Below, piece by piece: positions 32,416-45,500 of a stretch of 64,000 nucleotides of DNA. The notes below the pieces were generated by a model. It made no database searches. It was not told the DNA's origin and worked only from the letters and a program-made list of their open reading frames with translations. How positions within the stretch are numbered: the stretch's first letter is position 1; each line of letters starts with the position of its first letter. Origin of the DNA: a virus; the IMG/VR virus record IMGVR_UViG_3300032007_000018, positions 8,445 through 72,444 of that record; one strand, written 5' to 3'. The position numbers were made by a program, and so were the translations under genes.

Positions 32416-32719
32416 GATTAATGGGGTTTGGTGGGATGTGAAAAAAGTCTCACCAAACCATCCAAAAGTACGAAGATAGAATGGTTAGTATGCGCTTGCG
32501 GCATGCGATGATGATACTAAAACCATTTATCTAAGTTGGAGTATTCCAAAATGGAAGCTAAAAAAAGTTCTTTGCCATGAGATTACGCATGCGGCAATGT
32601 TTAGTTATAATGTCTATATGACAGTTGATTAGGAAGAGTTAGTAGCCGATTTAATTGCGACTTATGGTGAAGAAATTATTGAAGTAACCAATAGAATTTT
32701 CAGTAAAATAGCAAAATAA
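32408..32719 (+). CDS. Small Zn-metallopeptidase (HExxH; ImmA/IrrE- or SprT-like), 103 aa, 3 TAGs.
   Basis: ...KVLCHEITHAAMFSY... It overlaps the upstream gene by 8 nt. Confidence 0.55.
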
Positions 32720-32721
32720 AA

Positions 32722-32760
32722 AAGGGAGATACCTTTATGGTATCTCCCTTTTTTTTTATT
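32722..32760. terminator. Bidirectional terminator (agggagatacc/ggtatctccct with A-run and T-run) at the convergence point of the + and - modules.
   Basis: Read from sequence. The - strand fibre gene stops at 32759. Confidence 0.7.
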
Positions 32761-34063
32761 ATCTAATTCTAATCCAAACTCGATCTTTTACTTCAACATT
32801 TCCAGTACCCCACGTCTCATAATCGGGAACTGCACTAATTGTGCCAATAATACGACTTGGATAATCTTTTTCTTCCTCTGGCGTCATAATTGAAACTGTA
32901 CCATTTGGGCCAGAACATACAGGTTCTCCAATATGCTTGCGGAATTCTTCTCTGTCTTCATACGGGTAAGCTAAAACACGCCCAGAAGAAGCAATAGGTG
33001 TTTTACAATTATCTGTTTCACCGATTGCGAAACCAAAAGTATCTGAAACTATTTCACAACCAGGTTGAAGTCTATTATCAGTTAATACGAGAGTATCATC
33101 ACCAACTTCGCGTACACAACGACCTGGTTCTAAAACTTCTGATTGACGATATTCTGCATAGTCATTCCATACTGCGCCGTAAACTTTTGAAGCATATACA
33201 TTTGTTAAAGCAGTGCCACCATTACAAAAACGGTAAGCTGAAATCGTAGCACTAGATGTACCATCTGCCCACTTATATCCTACATGAATAGTATTACTAC
33301 TAGAAAATTTATTATTAAATCTTATTTCATTTGTTGAAACTAAATTTAAATAATTTGCATAAGTAGCAGTCGTTGCGGTTGCTGCGTTACCAGATAAATT
33401 TGCTACTTTTAATGTTTGAGTCGAAGTCTAATAAGCAAAATTATCATCGTAAGCTGGACGGCCGGTTACATTATCATTATAAGCAAACCAGACTCTTCTC
33501 CATGTTGCACTAGATGATGCTGCATCTCCAGCAGCTAGATTTGTTAATTTACTTGCTGTTGCGGCATTACCAGAAATGCTAATCCCCCAAGTGCCACTGG
33601 CATTACTACCATCGGTAGCAGCTAATGTTTTAGAAGCACTTGGCAAAGTATAGGTAGCTCCACTTGTACCAGATATTTTCATGTACCATTTTGGATTATC
33701 ATCTGTTGCACCGCTACAACTAGTTCCTCCAAAAGTGACAATCGGCTGGCTATGACAACAATCTAATAATCCTCTAGTGTCATTGCATCCCCACACGAGA
33801 GATGCACTATATGTCGCACTATTCCAAGCAGCTGGACTATTATTGTAAGCTATCGCAATAGAGGGTGAATAACCTCTACCATTAAGAGTTGCCCATCCTC
33901 CAGAAGATAATGAACCAGTATAGGCTTTAATATTAGCTTGTAAATAATATGAAGTTGCAGTAGGAACACCATTATTTATATAAACAGGTTGCGTTCCACT
34001 ACCATATGTATTAACTAGTTTTTTTGCCTCATGGGATGTAAATAAATTTGACCCAGTAGCCAT
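32759..34063 (-). CDS. Tail fibre protein (434 aa). It reads through the TAG at 33428 into a 222-aa C-terminal extension.
   Basis: Track ORF 33428..34063 plus in-frame continuation to TAA 32759. RBS AAGGAGG. Gly/Ser/Thr-rich fibre-like sequence. Confidence 0.55.
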
Positions 34064-34080
34064 ATTAATTCACCTCCTTA

Positions 34081-35874
34081 TTACGATACATCCGCAGATG
34101 TAGCATCGGAAATCTCAGAACCGCGAATAACAAGAATATATCCACTTACATTGCCACCTACTGCAACGGTGGTATTTAATGTAATCGTACCTGCAGTACT
34201 GCCAGTTCCAGCAGAAGTCCAAGTGATACCTGCGCCCAGATTAGATTCTCCGCTAGTAATAATAATTTGAATTACATAAGAATTTACAGTAAAGGAAGCG
34301 TGAGTTAATATAACACCTTTCTTTCCACTATTAATTGTGAAAGGAACTTTCTAAACAATGGAAACTGCTGTTGGAACACCATCATTCCAGTAAACTGGAG
34401 TATAAGCATCGCCATAACTATCTGCCGTACCTATATATAATTTTTGCCATTTATACGTTGTATTACCAAGTGTTTGAAAATTGTTTGCCATTGGTAATAA
34501 ACTACCCGCGAGTCTTTCATTACCATTCCAATCAAGGGTTCTGGCATTGGACTTACTAGAACTATCAACACCATTACCAACAATTTCAACATAAGATCCT
34601 CGACTTGCTGAATCATTGCCATGTCCAGTATCAGGTTTATTATACTATCCAAAAACATGCTAAACAGCAGCCTCAGCAGTAGTATAATATCCTTCTGCAT
34701 GAGAATAATTACCACTAGCAGTTGTATGATATCCTTCTGAATGAGAGCCAGTACCACTAGCAGTCGTATTATCACCTATTGCACTTGAGCAATCGCCACT
34801 AGCAGTCGTATAATACCCCTCTGCATGAGCGTAAGTGCTCGCTGTCGTATGATCGCCCTCAGCATGCCCACACCAGCCATTAGCCGTAGTAGATAGTCCT
34901 TCGGCATGGGTAAAGCGACTACCAGCAGTGGTTGCATATCCTTCTGCGTGAGCATAATCATTTGTTGCATTGGTGCTTTCTCCTTCTGCATGTGAAGCAT
35001 ACCCCGAAGCTGTCGTATAAGAACCTTCTGCATGAGCACAATAGTTGCTGGCTACAGTAGTACATCCTTCTGCATGAGTATAATTACCACTAGCGGTTGT
35101 ATCATATCCCTCAGCGGTTACATATGATCCTAATGTAGTTCCAGATTTTTGCCCGCCGTTTATCCAACCACCGATATGTTTTGAGTCAGGAATAATAACA
35201 ATTCCACTATCGGCAAAAGTGCCATGAGTATCATTGTAATAGGCGATTGCATTCTATGTTGTTGTTAAGTCAGCAGCTGTAGCCGTTGCGGAATTACCAC
35301 CATAGCTTGTAATAGCTGTTGGGACGCCTGCATTCCAATATATTGGCTCTGTAGATGAACCATAGCTATCTGATGGCAAATTCCAGTTAGCCATAATCCA
35401 TCCAGGATTTGAACCACCAGTTCCCTCGGTATAAAAGAAAATAATAATAGAACCGGCATCCCAAGATTCCACCGAGGTATTACCTGCGGCTTTACCAAAA
35501 CATTTATAAATTGGTACACTATCTTCTTCTCCATTAATGATTAATTCTGGATTTTCTGCGCTATTTTCGTGCGCAAAATAAACAGCGATCATTGAACCAA
35601 CTTGTTGAGTCCAACCTTCTGTAGCGATAGTAATTTCTTTAAATCTTAAAGAGGCCGCAGTATTGCATACCGTGTAAGGTAGCATAAGTCCAGTCGTTGC
35701 AACATCAGAAAATTTACTATTTAACGGTACTCTGGTACCGGTTGTAGTACCATTACCATCCGTATCAATGTAAAATTTATTTGTTGTTGCATCAAAATAA
35801 CAATATCCTTTATTATATGTAGCAGGTAAATTGTTATTTGAATCAATATTGTTAAAAATCTTAAAGAGTGCCAA
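34081..35874 (-). CDS. Tail fibre protein (~597 aa) with ~10 tandem 14-aa YadA-head/Hep_Hag-like repeats (..SHAEGY.TTASG.Y..) and about 5 TAGs.
   Basis: Track ORF 35254..35874 (TTG start, RBS AAGGAG) continues in the same frame to TAA 34081. The track ORFs 34431..35039 in this span are spurious alternative frames of the repeats. Confidence 0.55.
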
Positions 35875-35917
35875 TCTTCAGCAACTCCTTTCTATATAAA
35901 TCTATTCTAATTTATAT

Positions 35918-35998
35918 AAAAAAAAAGCCAAATCTCATAAAGAGATTTGGCCTATATAAAAAAATTTAAAGGGAAAGGATAATTCCTTTCCCTTATGT
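35918..35998 (-). terminator. Two tandem rho-independent terminators on the - strand (ggccaaatctc..gagatttggcc+T9 and aagggaaagga..cctttccctt+T-run).
   Basis: Read from the reverse complement, downstream of CDS 36000..36218. Confidence 0.5.
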
Positions 35999-35999
35999 A

Positions 36000-36218
36000 T
36001 TAATCATTAAAAGCCTGGTATTCAGCAACTTCATCAATGAATTCTTCAATATCAGCTAAAATGGCAGCTCTGTTGTTTGCATAGGTATCACTATCATCAA
36101 TATTGAAGCTAATATTAAAGTTGTTACCAGCACGGCTACCACTAAAATAGCCAATTTGAGCGCCATTAATAATGCAAGCGCCACTATAATTAGTATTCTT
36201 TGAATCGAGTCTAAGCAT
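36000..36218 (-). CDS. Hypothetical 72-aa protein.
   Basis: ORF track; RBS GAGGAGG. A TGCTATAAT extended -10 element lies on the - strand at 36258..36266. Confidence 0.5.
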   Translation of the reverse strand: MLRLDSKNTNYSGACIINGAQIGYFSGSRAGNNFNISFNIDDSDTYANNRAAILADIEEFIDEVAEYQAFND

Positions 36219-36318
36219 GGAAAAACCTCCTCGTTTATTATATATCTATTATAGCAAAAATTTCTTTTATTGTCAATATAAAAACATGGGGAAGAGTTAA
36301 AACCCTTCCCCATAATAA

Positions 36319-36966
36319 TTATACATCTATCCAATAAACATTGCGCTTATTGATTTCATCAATCTTCTGATAGATATTCAATACTTCGCTTGGAGCGATC
36401 TGATAATATTCCTCATTCAGAATTTCTGTGCCAATGCCATAAAGAACCTTACTTGTCGCTGGCAAAGTAGAAAGATTATAAATAAACTTTGTATCGCCAT
36501 CTGGAATATGCTCTTGACCATTATTATCAATATAGCTTTGAGCTACCGAATATTTGTCGATACGATAGAAGCGGAAAGAGAAGGTTACATCGCCTGGATA
36601 AGTAGTAACATTACCACTAATATTCCAAGGAATAATCATCTGATTTTCAAGTGGGCCACCAAAAGTGTCAGTATCAAAATAAGGAACATTATAAATATAA
36701 CTTTCATTATTTGCGTTAATATACTGAACAACGCAGGTGGACTTAGATAAATCATAGTTGTCATAATAACGATCAACTACAAAGTACAATGTTTCAGCCT
36801 TATGGTCATGTGCCACACTTAAAAACTCTGGAGCTTCAATCTTTCTTGTATTTAAATCTATCTTATAAATTCTTTCAGTTGAGGGTAATAAGATCGCATT
36901 TTGTGGAGCGTTTTCATCTTGAACTCTATATAAAAGACGATTATACTCTTCTACTGGAGTAATCAT
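36319..36966 (-). CDS. Virion structural protein (215 aa). Its N-terminal domain is paralogous to that of CDS 37001..39172.
   Basis: ORF track. Shared segments IDLNTRKIEAP../..YFVVDRYYDNYDLS../..VTFSFRFYRI. Confidence 0.55.
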   Translation of the reverse strand: MITPVEEYNRLLYRVQDENAPQNAILLPSTERIYKIDLNTRKIEAPEFLSVAHDHKAETLYFVVDRYYDNYDLSKSTCVVQYINANNESYIYNVPYFDTDTFGGPLENQMIIPWNISGNVTTYPGDVTFSFRFYRIDKYSVAQSYIDNNGQEHIPDGDTKFIYNLSTLPATSKVLYGIGTEILNEEYYQIAPSEVLNIYQKIDEINKRNVYWIDV

Positions 36967-37000
36967 TTGTTATTCGCTCCTCTCTATTATTAGACTTCAA

Positions 37001-39172
37001 TTATGGGTTAACGAAGTTATAGAATGGAGTATAGTCAGAGTTGGTAGCTCCATTAAGATGGTTTGTCATAATGCAATAATAATATCCAGACTCTTCTGGT
37101 CTAAATGTTGCACTAGTCTCACCCTCGAGGAGAGTATCGGTCTCAGGCTCATACTCAGGAACATCTTCCTCGTCGCCCAAAGTAACCTTGTACCATTGAT
37201 AAGTTTCATCATCGGAATGAATAATATCAGTGCTGAGGGTTACGCTCTGACCGACGATCTTCTGGAGTAATTGAATACCACCATAGTTGGCTCCAAGAGG
37301 CTCAAGCAGGATTGGCTTCTCTGGAGCGGCAGTTACACGATAAGGCTTGCTGTACTTCAATGCCTATGCAAGGTTACGATTGTTAATAACCTTAGCATAG
37401 AATACCTTATCATAATTAGCAAAATCATCGGCGGAAACACTGACCTCATAAGAATCGGCAAGAGCATCAGTAATCTTATATTCATCAGCAATCATTCCGC
37501 CAGCGTCTGGAGTTTCAGAATAAATCTGAGTGCCTTCTAAGCCATTATTATCTGCCTTATACCACTGATAAGTTAATTCAACAAGAGGGGTTGGAAGATC
37601 TTCGGCTTCTGCCTCTGCGATTTCTGGAGAAACAGCAGTTACATGAAGTTCAGCAGTGCGGCTATCACGATCTAAGAGAACATGAATAATATTTTCTTCC
37701 TCATTCACAGCATTATATTCAACGCCAGTAGAGCTTTCAACAGTATTCTCAGATTCTTCTGGGAGAATCTCTGGAATGTAAGGCATAGGAATGATAATTT
37801 TATAAGAATCCAAAGAGGAAACTTTGCCAACGCGACGATTTACAGCAACAACGTGATATACACCCGCGCTTGTAGCAATACCAGTAGAATGTCTCTCATA
37901 AAGAGTGATATTAGTACCATTGACTGTGATTTGACTATTCGCGTCAATAACAATACTGGTATCGGTTAAAGGATATGGTTTATATCCTTGGATATGGTCT
38001 GGAACCTCATGCCCCTCATCGTCTTTTACGTAAGCATATTCAGCAACGTAGTAAACTCTAGAAGGATCTCTTGGACCAGGCTCGGCAGGCTCATAAAGAG
38101 CATTATTAACTAAAGATACAGGAATATCTTCGGAGGCAATATTTCTATTTGCGTCGATATCAGAATGTAACCAGTTATAGCTAATAGCTCCATCGCCAAC
38201 AGCATAAGCCTTCATTACATAGCCTTTTGCAGGAACAGCAACACCATTAACCACAGTTTCCTGTAATGTCTGGAGATCCTTAACGAGATACTTCTTAGCT
38301 GCGAAATCTGCTGCTGCACGAGCTGCAGCCTTAGCTGCGATTTCTTCTTCGGTATCATCAGGCATTTCATCAACTGGACCATAAATCTTTTCGAGAGTAG
38401 CAATATCAGCAAGATTGATAATCCACTCTGGAGCACCTGGATTAGGAATAGATGGGTCAGTAAGAACACTATTAACGATACGGCTAAGGATTAAATCATT
38501 GTGATTTACGATATCAAGCTTTGTATTCTTACCATGAAGGTCATAATCAAGAGAACCATTGATTTTAGCTTCGGCGGTAAGAGTATTGAAGTTATAAGTA
38601 AGATATGGCTGAGATACTGCTTGACCATTATCAGCTGTTACAGTTCTCTCACCAATCTTATAGAAACGAACAGAGAACTTTACTATGCCAGGATTGTTGG
38701 TAATTTCACTAGAAAGAGGCCAACCAAAAATTAATTTACCTGGACGAGAAGAAATATCACGAACAAACTCACGAGATACACCAGCAATCTTATTAGAGGT
38801 CTCCCATTGAATAGCAATATTCATGGACTTATCGCTTAAGTCTGTAGCGTCAAAGAAACGATCAATGGTGAAATAAACTACTTCTGCAATTTCATCACCC
38901 TGAACACCAATACCGTTCTTTGCAAAAGAAGCAGGAACGTTAATTTTACGTGTATTGGCATCAATATCAAAAGTCTCTTCATCTACAGGAAGCATAGTGT
39001 AATATGCGCCCTCTGGTGTTTGCGCAAGATCCCTTAAATAAAGAAAATACTCTTCAAGAGTAGTAATTTCAGAGTCGCTAGTAATGACTTCGTTTGCACG
39101 TAAAACAGCTGTTGCCTGCTCGAAACGAGTATTATAAAGACCTCTGTTACTACTATCAACATAAGTAATCAT
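37001..39172 (-). CDS. Virion structural/fibre protein (723 aa) with Ig-like repeats (TYQWYK x2) and a TAG at 37364.
   Basis: Track ORFs 37364..39172 and 37001..37360 are in the same frame, joined across TAG. Confidence 0.55.
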
Positions 39173-39278
39173 ATTACGCTTTCATCCTTTCTTCAAGTTT
39201 ATAAGATTGGGCGAGGGCAGAACCCTCGCCCTTAACTTACCTTTTCAACATATATGAAAAGGATTTAATTTAAGATAA

Positions 39279-39491
39279 TCAGTTTTGGCCTGTAACGTAG
39301 ACCTCTCTCCATTTAGAGGCTTCTTCTTCTGGTACTTTAATAGACTTTACTTTCTGAGTACCATTAGTGAGAACCTTATTTTTATCCGCGATAAGAGTTA
39401 CCAAACGAACAGAATAAATACCTTCTAAATGGACAGGAGATTCAATTACACCATTAGTTCCAAGGTAACGATAGATAACTTGTTGCTTCAT
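39279..39491 (-). CDS. Hypothetical 70-aa protein.
   Basis: ORF track; RBS AAGGAGG. Confidence 0.55.
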   Translation of the reverse strand: MKQQVIYRYLGTNGVIESPVHLEGIYSVRLVTLIADKNKVLTNGTQKVKSIKVPEEEASKWREVYVTGQN

Positions 39492-39509
39492 AATTATTTA
39501 ACCTCCTTA

Positions 39510-42500
39510 TTAAAGTGGTAAAAACTGCTGATTTGGGAAATACTCGAGGTTAATACTGATTAACTCAAGGAAGTTATCCCAGTTTGCAATAGCAGGAGAC
39601 TTCCAAACTATAATAGAACCGCTATGATTATTCAATTCACCATCGAGTCCTGTTGCACCACCAAATAGGTTCTCGCCTATGGTAGAAAAGTCTTGAGTAC
39701 AAGGTTCAGCTTCAGTACCAAAAATAATAGTTGTAAGATTTCTTAAACCACCAAAAGCACCTTCATCATAAGTATAACTATGACCTGGAATTGACAGATA
39801 TTTGATCGATTCACAACCACCAAAAACAACTTGACCGATTGTTGTAACCGGCTCTAAGAAATCGTACATAAATGCGCCTTCGGCAGTATCTGTACTCATA
39901 AAGCTAGTGCATCCAGAGAATGCATTATCTCTAATAGTCGTACAAGTATCAGGCATTTCAAAATATACTAGATCAGTATCGCCAGCGAATGCCTCCTAAT
40001 TAATTGCAACAAGCCCACGGCCTTCACGAGCCCAGAAGATATGAGTTATATTATTTTCTTTTCCTCCGGCCTTAGAGAAGCCAGTTCGCGCAATTGACGT
40101 GATGGTTGTTCCGCCAATAGAAGTAGGAATTGTAATCTTGCCTTCAAGTACATAATTAGTGTTCAGAAGAATAGAAGAACCATTTACTATTTGGAAATAC
40201 TTTTCATCAAGAACATCATCGTAGACACTAACGTCTGTATAGATTGCTATAAATGAGCGATTTCTATCTGGTGAAAGAGTAGTTAAATCTACTCTTGATT
40301 GAGTTCTATCATTTGGATCTGCCCAATGAGAGAATTTATATTTTCTATATAACCCAAGTTCACCATTTTCTGTTAAAGCAGAATCTGCAATATCATATGG
40401 CTTAGTTGGAATTACAGAAGGTGTATTAAGACCAGGAGTTGCTTTCCAGTCGGTAGTGATTACACGCACTGGTTTGCCGTCGTCAAAATCAAAAGAAGTT
40501 TTATAAGCGTGAGGTCTAAAAATAGCGTACAAAGTGATAATAGAATTGGTTTCTGGATTAAATGTCATTTCTTCTGCGTAGTCATCAAAATGATTAGTAA
40601 ATGTACCGCCCTCATTATGTGCATCATCATTTGTGTAGGTAAACGAAGAAACAATCTTTGTACCAGCAGTATCAAGAGACCAGCCAATGAAATCATGATA
40701 CTCTCTTTCTGGAATTAAGGTTACATCAATAGTAGGCTGTTCTGTAATAGTAGGATCCAACTTATTGACCTATAATTCTTCTTCTTTACCACTATCATTT
40801 ATTTGTACAAACTTTGAAATAAACGATTCAATAACATTAGCAGCGTAGATATTTAAGTTCGGCCAATATACTTTGTATTTAGAAGTGAATTTATCTTCAG
40901 CGATTTTATGAGCTGCGTCATTGGAAACATAAAGTTCACCTGTAATAGCAGGAACGGAGCATGCGGCGGAAGGATTTTGGAATTGAGTTTCGACGCCTTG
41001 AACTTTTGCAGTTTCCATAGCATCAATAAAATCATCTAACATATTAAGATTGGTAATAATCTTTTCTTGTACTTCACCATTATTTGGATCGGTATTATAA
41101 TTCTCATTATAAGTGTAAATCTTACCATTTAATAAGTTATAATCCCAATCTTCGGTAGTTGAGTAAGAATAAGGCTCAAAAGTGCTGTGGTCGTTAAGAC
41201 GATAATAAGTAATATTTTCATCGTAACGTTCTCCTTCTTCTGCCTGGATATAAGGAGACCAGTTAACATCCTTTAAGGAGATAACTACCTGCTTATTAGT
41301 CTGACTAATAATACTTACTAAATTGGAAAGAATCTTATAAGAGTCATAACCTAATCCACCACCGCTGATTGTAAGAGAAGTAATGTTGCAATCTACACCG
41401 GCACTACCATCGTAGTCGGTAAGGTTCTCAACGTACAAACCTCTATAGGTAGATGGATCGGCATAAATAACCTTATCTTGAGCATCAAGTGTAGCTACAA
41501 CAGGTTTTGAAGTAAGAATTCTTGTTAAATCCTTATTCTCAACGAACTGTAATGTAGAAATGGACTTAGGTAAATGTACTGTGTGTAATGGCGCACCATT
41601 AGCAAAATATACATTCTGTAAGCCAGTATTTAATGCTCTGAATTCCTCTAACTTCTCAGAACCTTGAGTATCAACGGTTCCGCGCAAGGAAGTAATTCCA
41701 GTGAAGATAATCTTCTTTAAGAGGGATTTCTTTGTGGTACTATTTGGACCATCAGCGATAGTGAACTTGCCACCATCACCGGCCTTAAGCAAGTTGTTCT
41801 TATAACCAGGTACGTCGCTGCCGAGAGTTAAATCAAGGAGACGCTTACCAGCAGTTAAAGTAAACTCGCTGAAATAAGAAGTACTTAAGTCGCCAAGAGA
41901 GGAGAGGTAATCAACACCAGGGAGATATACCAACTGCTCATTAGGAGACTCTGGATCTGTCTTATAAGTCTCAATAGTATCAGCGTTAACAGAAGTCCAA
42001 ACGCCATCTCTCTCGTCTGTAGTTGCATTATACTTTACAGGAGCGCCAGGTACTTCATCGGTAAAGAATGTAACGTACTGCTTCAAAAATGGCTTGAGCT
42101 TGAATCCTGGGCGAGAATCGAAGTAGTCAACAGGATAAGTCTTGGAAAGGAATCCATCATACTTTGTATTACCGTTAGCTACTTGTTCGTCAATAGTTGC
42201 TTGTGGAACATCAAGATAGGTATCAGATGTTTGAGTACCACGGTTACCATTTACACGGCCCCAGAATTGACCTTGTTTTACGGCATTAATCTGATAAGAA
42301 CCACCGAGCCACCAAGAGTCAATATAATTCAAACGGTTGCGAAGGAGTAATTCAGTTGTAAGTTTCTTATCTCCTTGGCAAGCATAAGCGTACTCTGGAG
42401 TATCTTCAACTATTGTCTTACCTTCGGTATCAAAGTAACCAGTTTTAGTGGTTGCGAAATATTTATAATATTCATCAAGTCCAATAGCAATAATAGGACG

Positions 42501-45500
42501 AATACCTTTCATTGCATAGGAACCAAATATTTCTGGATTGCACTCATAAGCACCAGTGATTTTTTCGTAGGTGAGGTTGTTAACAACTCTAGAACCATCA
42601 TTGGCGCCACGAAGAGCACGATATTTATTTTTAATATCTTCTTCAAAAGCTGTAAAGAAGTTGTTCCAAAGAACACTACCAGGAGTAGAGAACAATCCGT
42701 CAAGAGTTACGTCAGCATCATAATCCCAGAGGTAAGCACCAGAGTTATTAAGGCCAAGCTAAGTATCAATATCATAGAAGATAGGATACCATACATAATC
42801 TCCTCCAGCCTCACGAGGACCCCAAGATGCAATCATCATATTCTTACCACGAGAGTCGTAGCAGAGAAGAAGTTCAGTGAGGATAAAGTAGATTAAGCAA
42901 TACTCTTTATCTAAATGCTTTGGAAACTCATTGCGGAATTTCTCAATACGATATCCAGCAGTATCTTTAGAGAAGGTAGTATTATAATAGCTAATAGAGT
43001 AGGTATAATATGTAACACCATCTGCGAAGGCGTCAATATTTACTCTCTGGTAAGACTCTCCTACTTTGATATAATACTCTTCATCGCGGTCGAAAGATAC
43101 ACCCTATGCCACTGCATTGTAACCTACTACCGGTTCAGAACTTTCGCCTGCGGCAGCATATGCAGTAGGAGTTTTCCATGTTACTGGAGTAATCTAACCA
43201 TTTGTAGCAGTAGAAGTATCTGTGGAGTCAATCCAGTCAAACAGAACTTCGAGGTTAGCATACTTAGCTCTGATGTATTCACTCTTTTCGGCATCAGTAG
43301 TACCGATTTCCGCAATAATATCTTCATCGCTTGTAATACCATCGTATTTACCATCTGCGCCAATAGCATCAAGCTAATCGCCATATGGAGAATAACGATA
43401 TTCGAAGTGACGAATAACTTCTAAGCGATTTGGATTATCTGGCCATGTAGTACCAAAACGAGTAGCACGTGCGGCCGCATTAGGATATTTCCAAGAAGTC
43501 CAAGTGCCTTGATTATCAGAAAGCTCCCAGCACTCAGCGATATCTTTAATAGTAGGATGATACTGTTCGGTTGTAGTTTCACCAGTGTTTTCATCGGTTA
43601 CTTCTCTTTCCAAGGTAAGATAAGGCTGAGGTGTTTTTAATTCAAATCCGTAATATTCATTAGAACCCTTATCAAGATTCATATTATAACGGCCAATATA
43701 CTCATAAGTTGCTCCTGGGTTAGATTGGTTATAAGAACCATCTGCGTACTTATGGAATGTTAATACAGGAAAACCATAAACAGAAGTTCTATAATTAGAA
43801 CCATCAATACCGAGGTCATCAAGAGGATGCTTGGTGTAAAGAGGATATTGTGGATTACCTAACAAGTTAGCAAAACCAGTGTTATAAGTTCCAGAAGACT
43901 CCATGTAGTCAATCTTCCAAGTGAATTTATTAGTAGCAAGCTCTTCATTATCCATATGGAATGTCTTGGCAATTTTGTGAGATACGCCATTCTTATCATT
44001 GACATAATGATCCTCGGTTAAGCTCTGTCCAGCGAGAGAACCCTTAGTATATACCCAAGTTTTTGCCTTCTTGAACTTGGTCTTGTAGTTACGGCGTGGA
44101 TAGCCCTGTGAAGAAGTACCCTAAACGTCAATATCTACTCCAGTAGCAGCATAGCTAGGACAATGAGTGTAATACTCAAATTCATCTATATCACCATTCT
44201 CAAGAGCTTCGTCAAGAGATGGATTTACAAATTCAACATCAACTTTGCAAGCATCACCCTTGAAGTAAGGTAACTTCTCATTGCGGCTGGCGTTAGTAAT
44301 AGTCCAAATCGCATAAGGCATGGTAAGTGCGCCCGGGTGATTCTCATTATATTCTTTAAGCAAATCGAAAGATAAGCAAGTTGGTGTTCTTGCCTCGGTA
44401 AGCTGGTTTTGGTCATAAAGTGTAATGTTGTGTAAGTCAGAAAGGTAATTATGAATTACTTCTGGCATAGTTAAACCAGTTCTAAATACACGGAATCTGT
44501 AAAGGTCGATATCGCAATATTTAGAGTTGAATAAGAATGGGCTTGTAATACGGAAAGCACCACCCTGGCTTGGAAGTGAATCTGCGCCAGAAAGGATACC
44601 ATTTAAGTAAATGTAAACAAGACCCTCAGACTTAGAAATAACAACAGAAATGTTGATAACTTCATCTTCTTTATAACGAACACTAACGATACCACGAGGA
44701 GAGCGGAAGTAAGCTTCCTGTGAACCAATAACAAGACCTTCGTTATTATTATTCATCCACTTACAAATAACACCCTCTTCAGTCTTATAGGACTTCTGAA
44801 CATCCTCGGCCATTAATGGACTACCATATTGGTCGATGACTAACTCTTTATGGTTTTCATCAATCCAAGACTTCAAAGCAGGCTCTGACGCTTGAGCACC
44901 AAGAGTGCGAGTGTAATAAGTTACTCCCTCTTCAAATTCTGTGATCTGCACTTTATCATAGATATTAACATCTGGGCGTTTTACATAATAATCAATACTT
45001 GAATCAAATTCTGCATTTTCATCAACTTCATTATAACTATCTTCATAGTAATAATAGAGTGGCAAACTTTGAACAAGTGTAGAATACTCTTGAACATTAC
45101 GAATTCTAAATCTCATTTCGATACTGAAATCATTATCGTAATTAAGATAAATAGAATCAACAGGAATGGAAACAGTGGCTCCATTAGTAAGAGAAAGATA
45201 AGTTCCATTGTCAACGCCATTGATTGTTACACCATCATTGCGCCAACCATTGTTCTGCCAGTTAAATCCAGTTAATGTAGCAGGAGTATCGTGGATAGTA
45301 TCTTTCCAAACACTACGTGTACTTTTAATTTCAGAGTTGGAACGACCGGCCGCACTGAAATTTGTGAGCAAAGTTACAGCCTGGCGCAAACCTAAATCAC
45401 GAGAACCTTCTTTAGTTACTGTGATAGGAATATCAACTCTTGTACCGCGGCAGACGATAGCAAATGTCTGCTGGCCTACTGTGTATGCGCTAGTGATATC

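Noticed and set aside
34431-35039. Track ORFs 34431..34775 and 34776..35039 (-), plus 35265..35534 (-)
   Set aside because: These are alternative reading frames of the 42-bp tandem repeats inside the real fibre gene 34081..35874. The true frame encodes SHAEG..TTASG repeats and is interrupted only by TAG.
42375-43424. + strand ORFs 42375..42896 and 42915..43424
   Set aside because: They are antisense to the giant - strand fibre gene, hydrophobic and low-complexity, and have no RBS.
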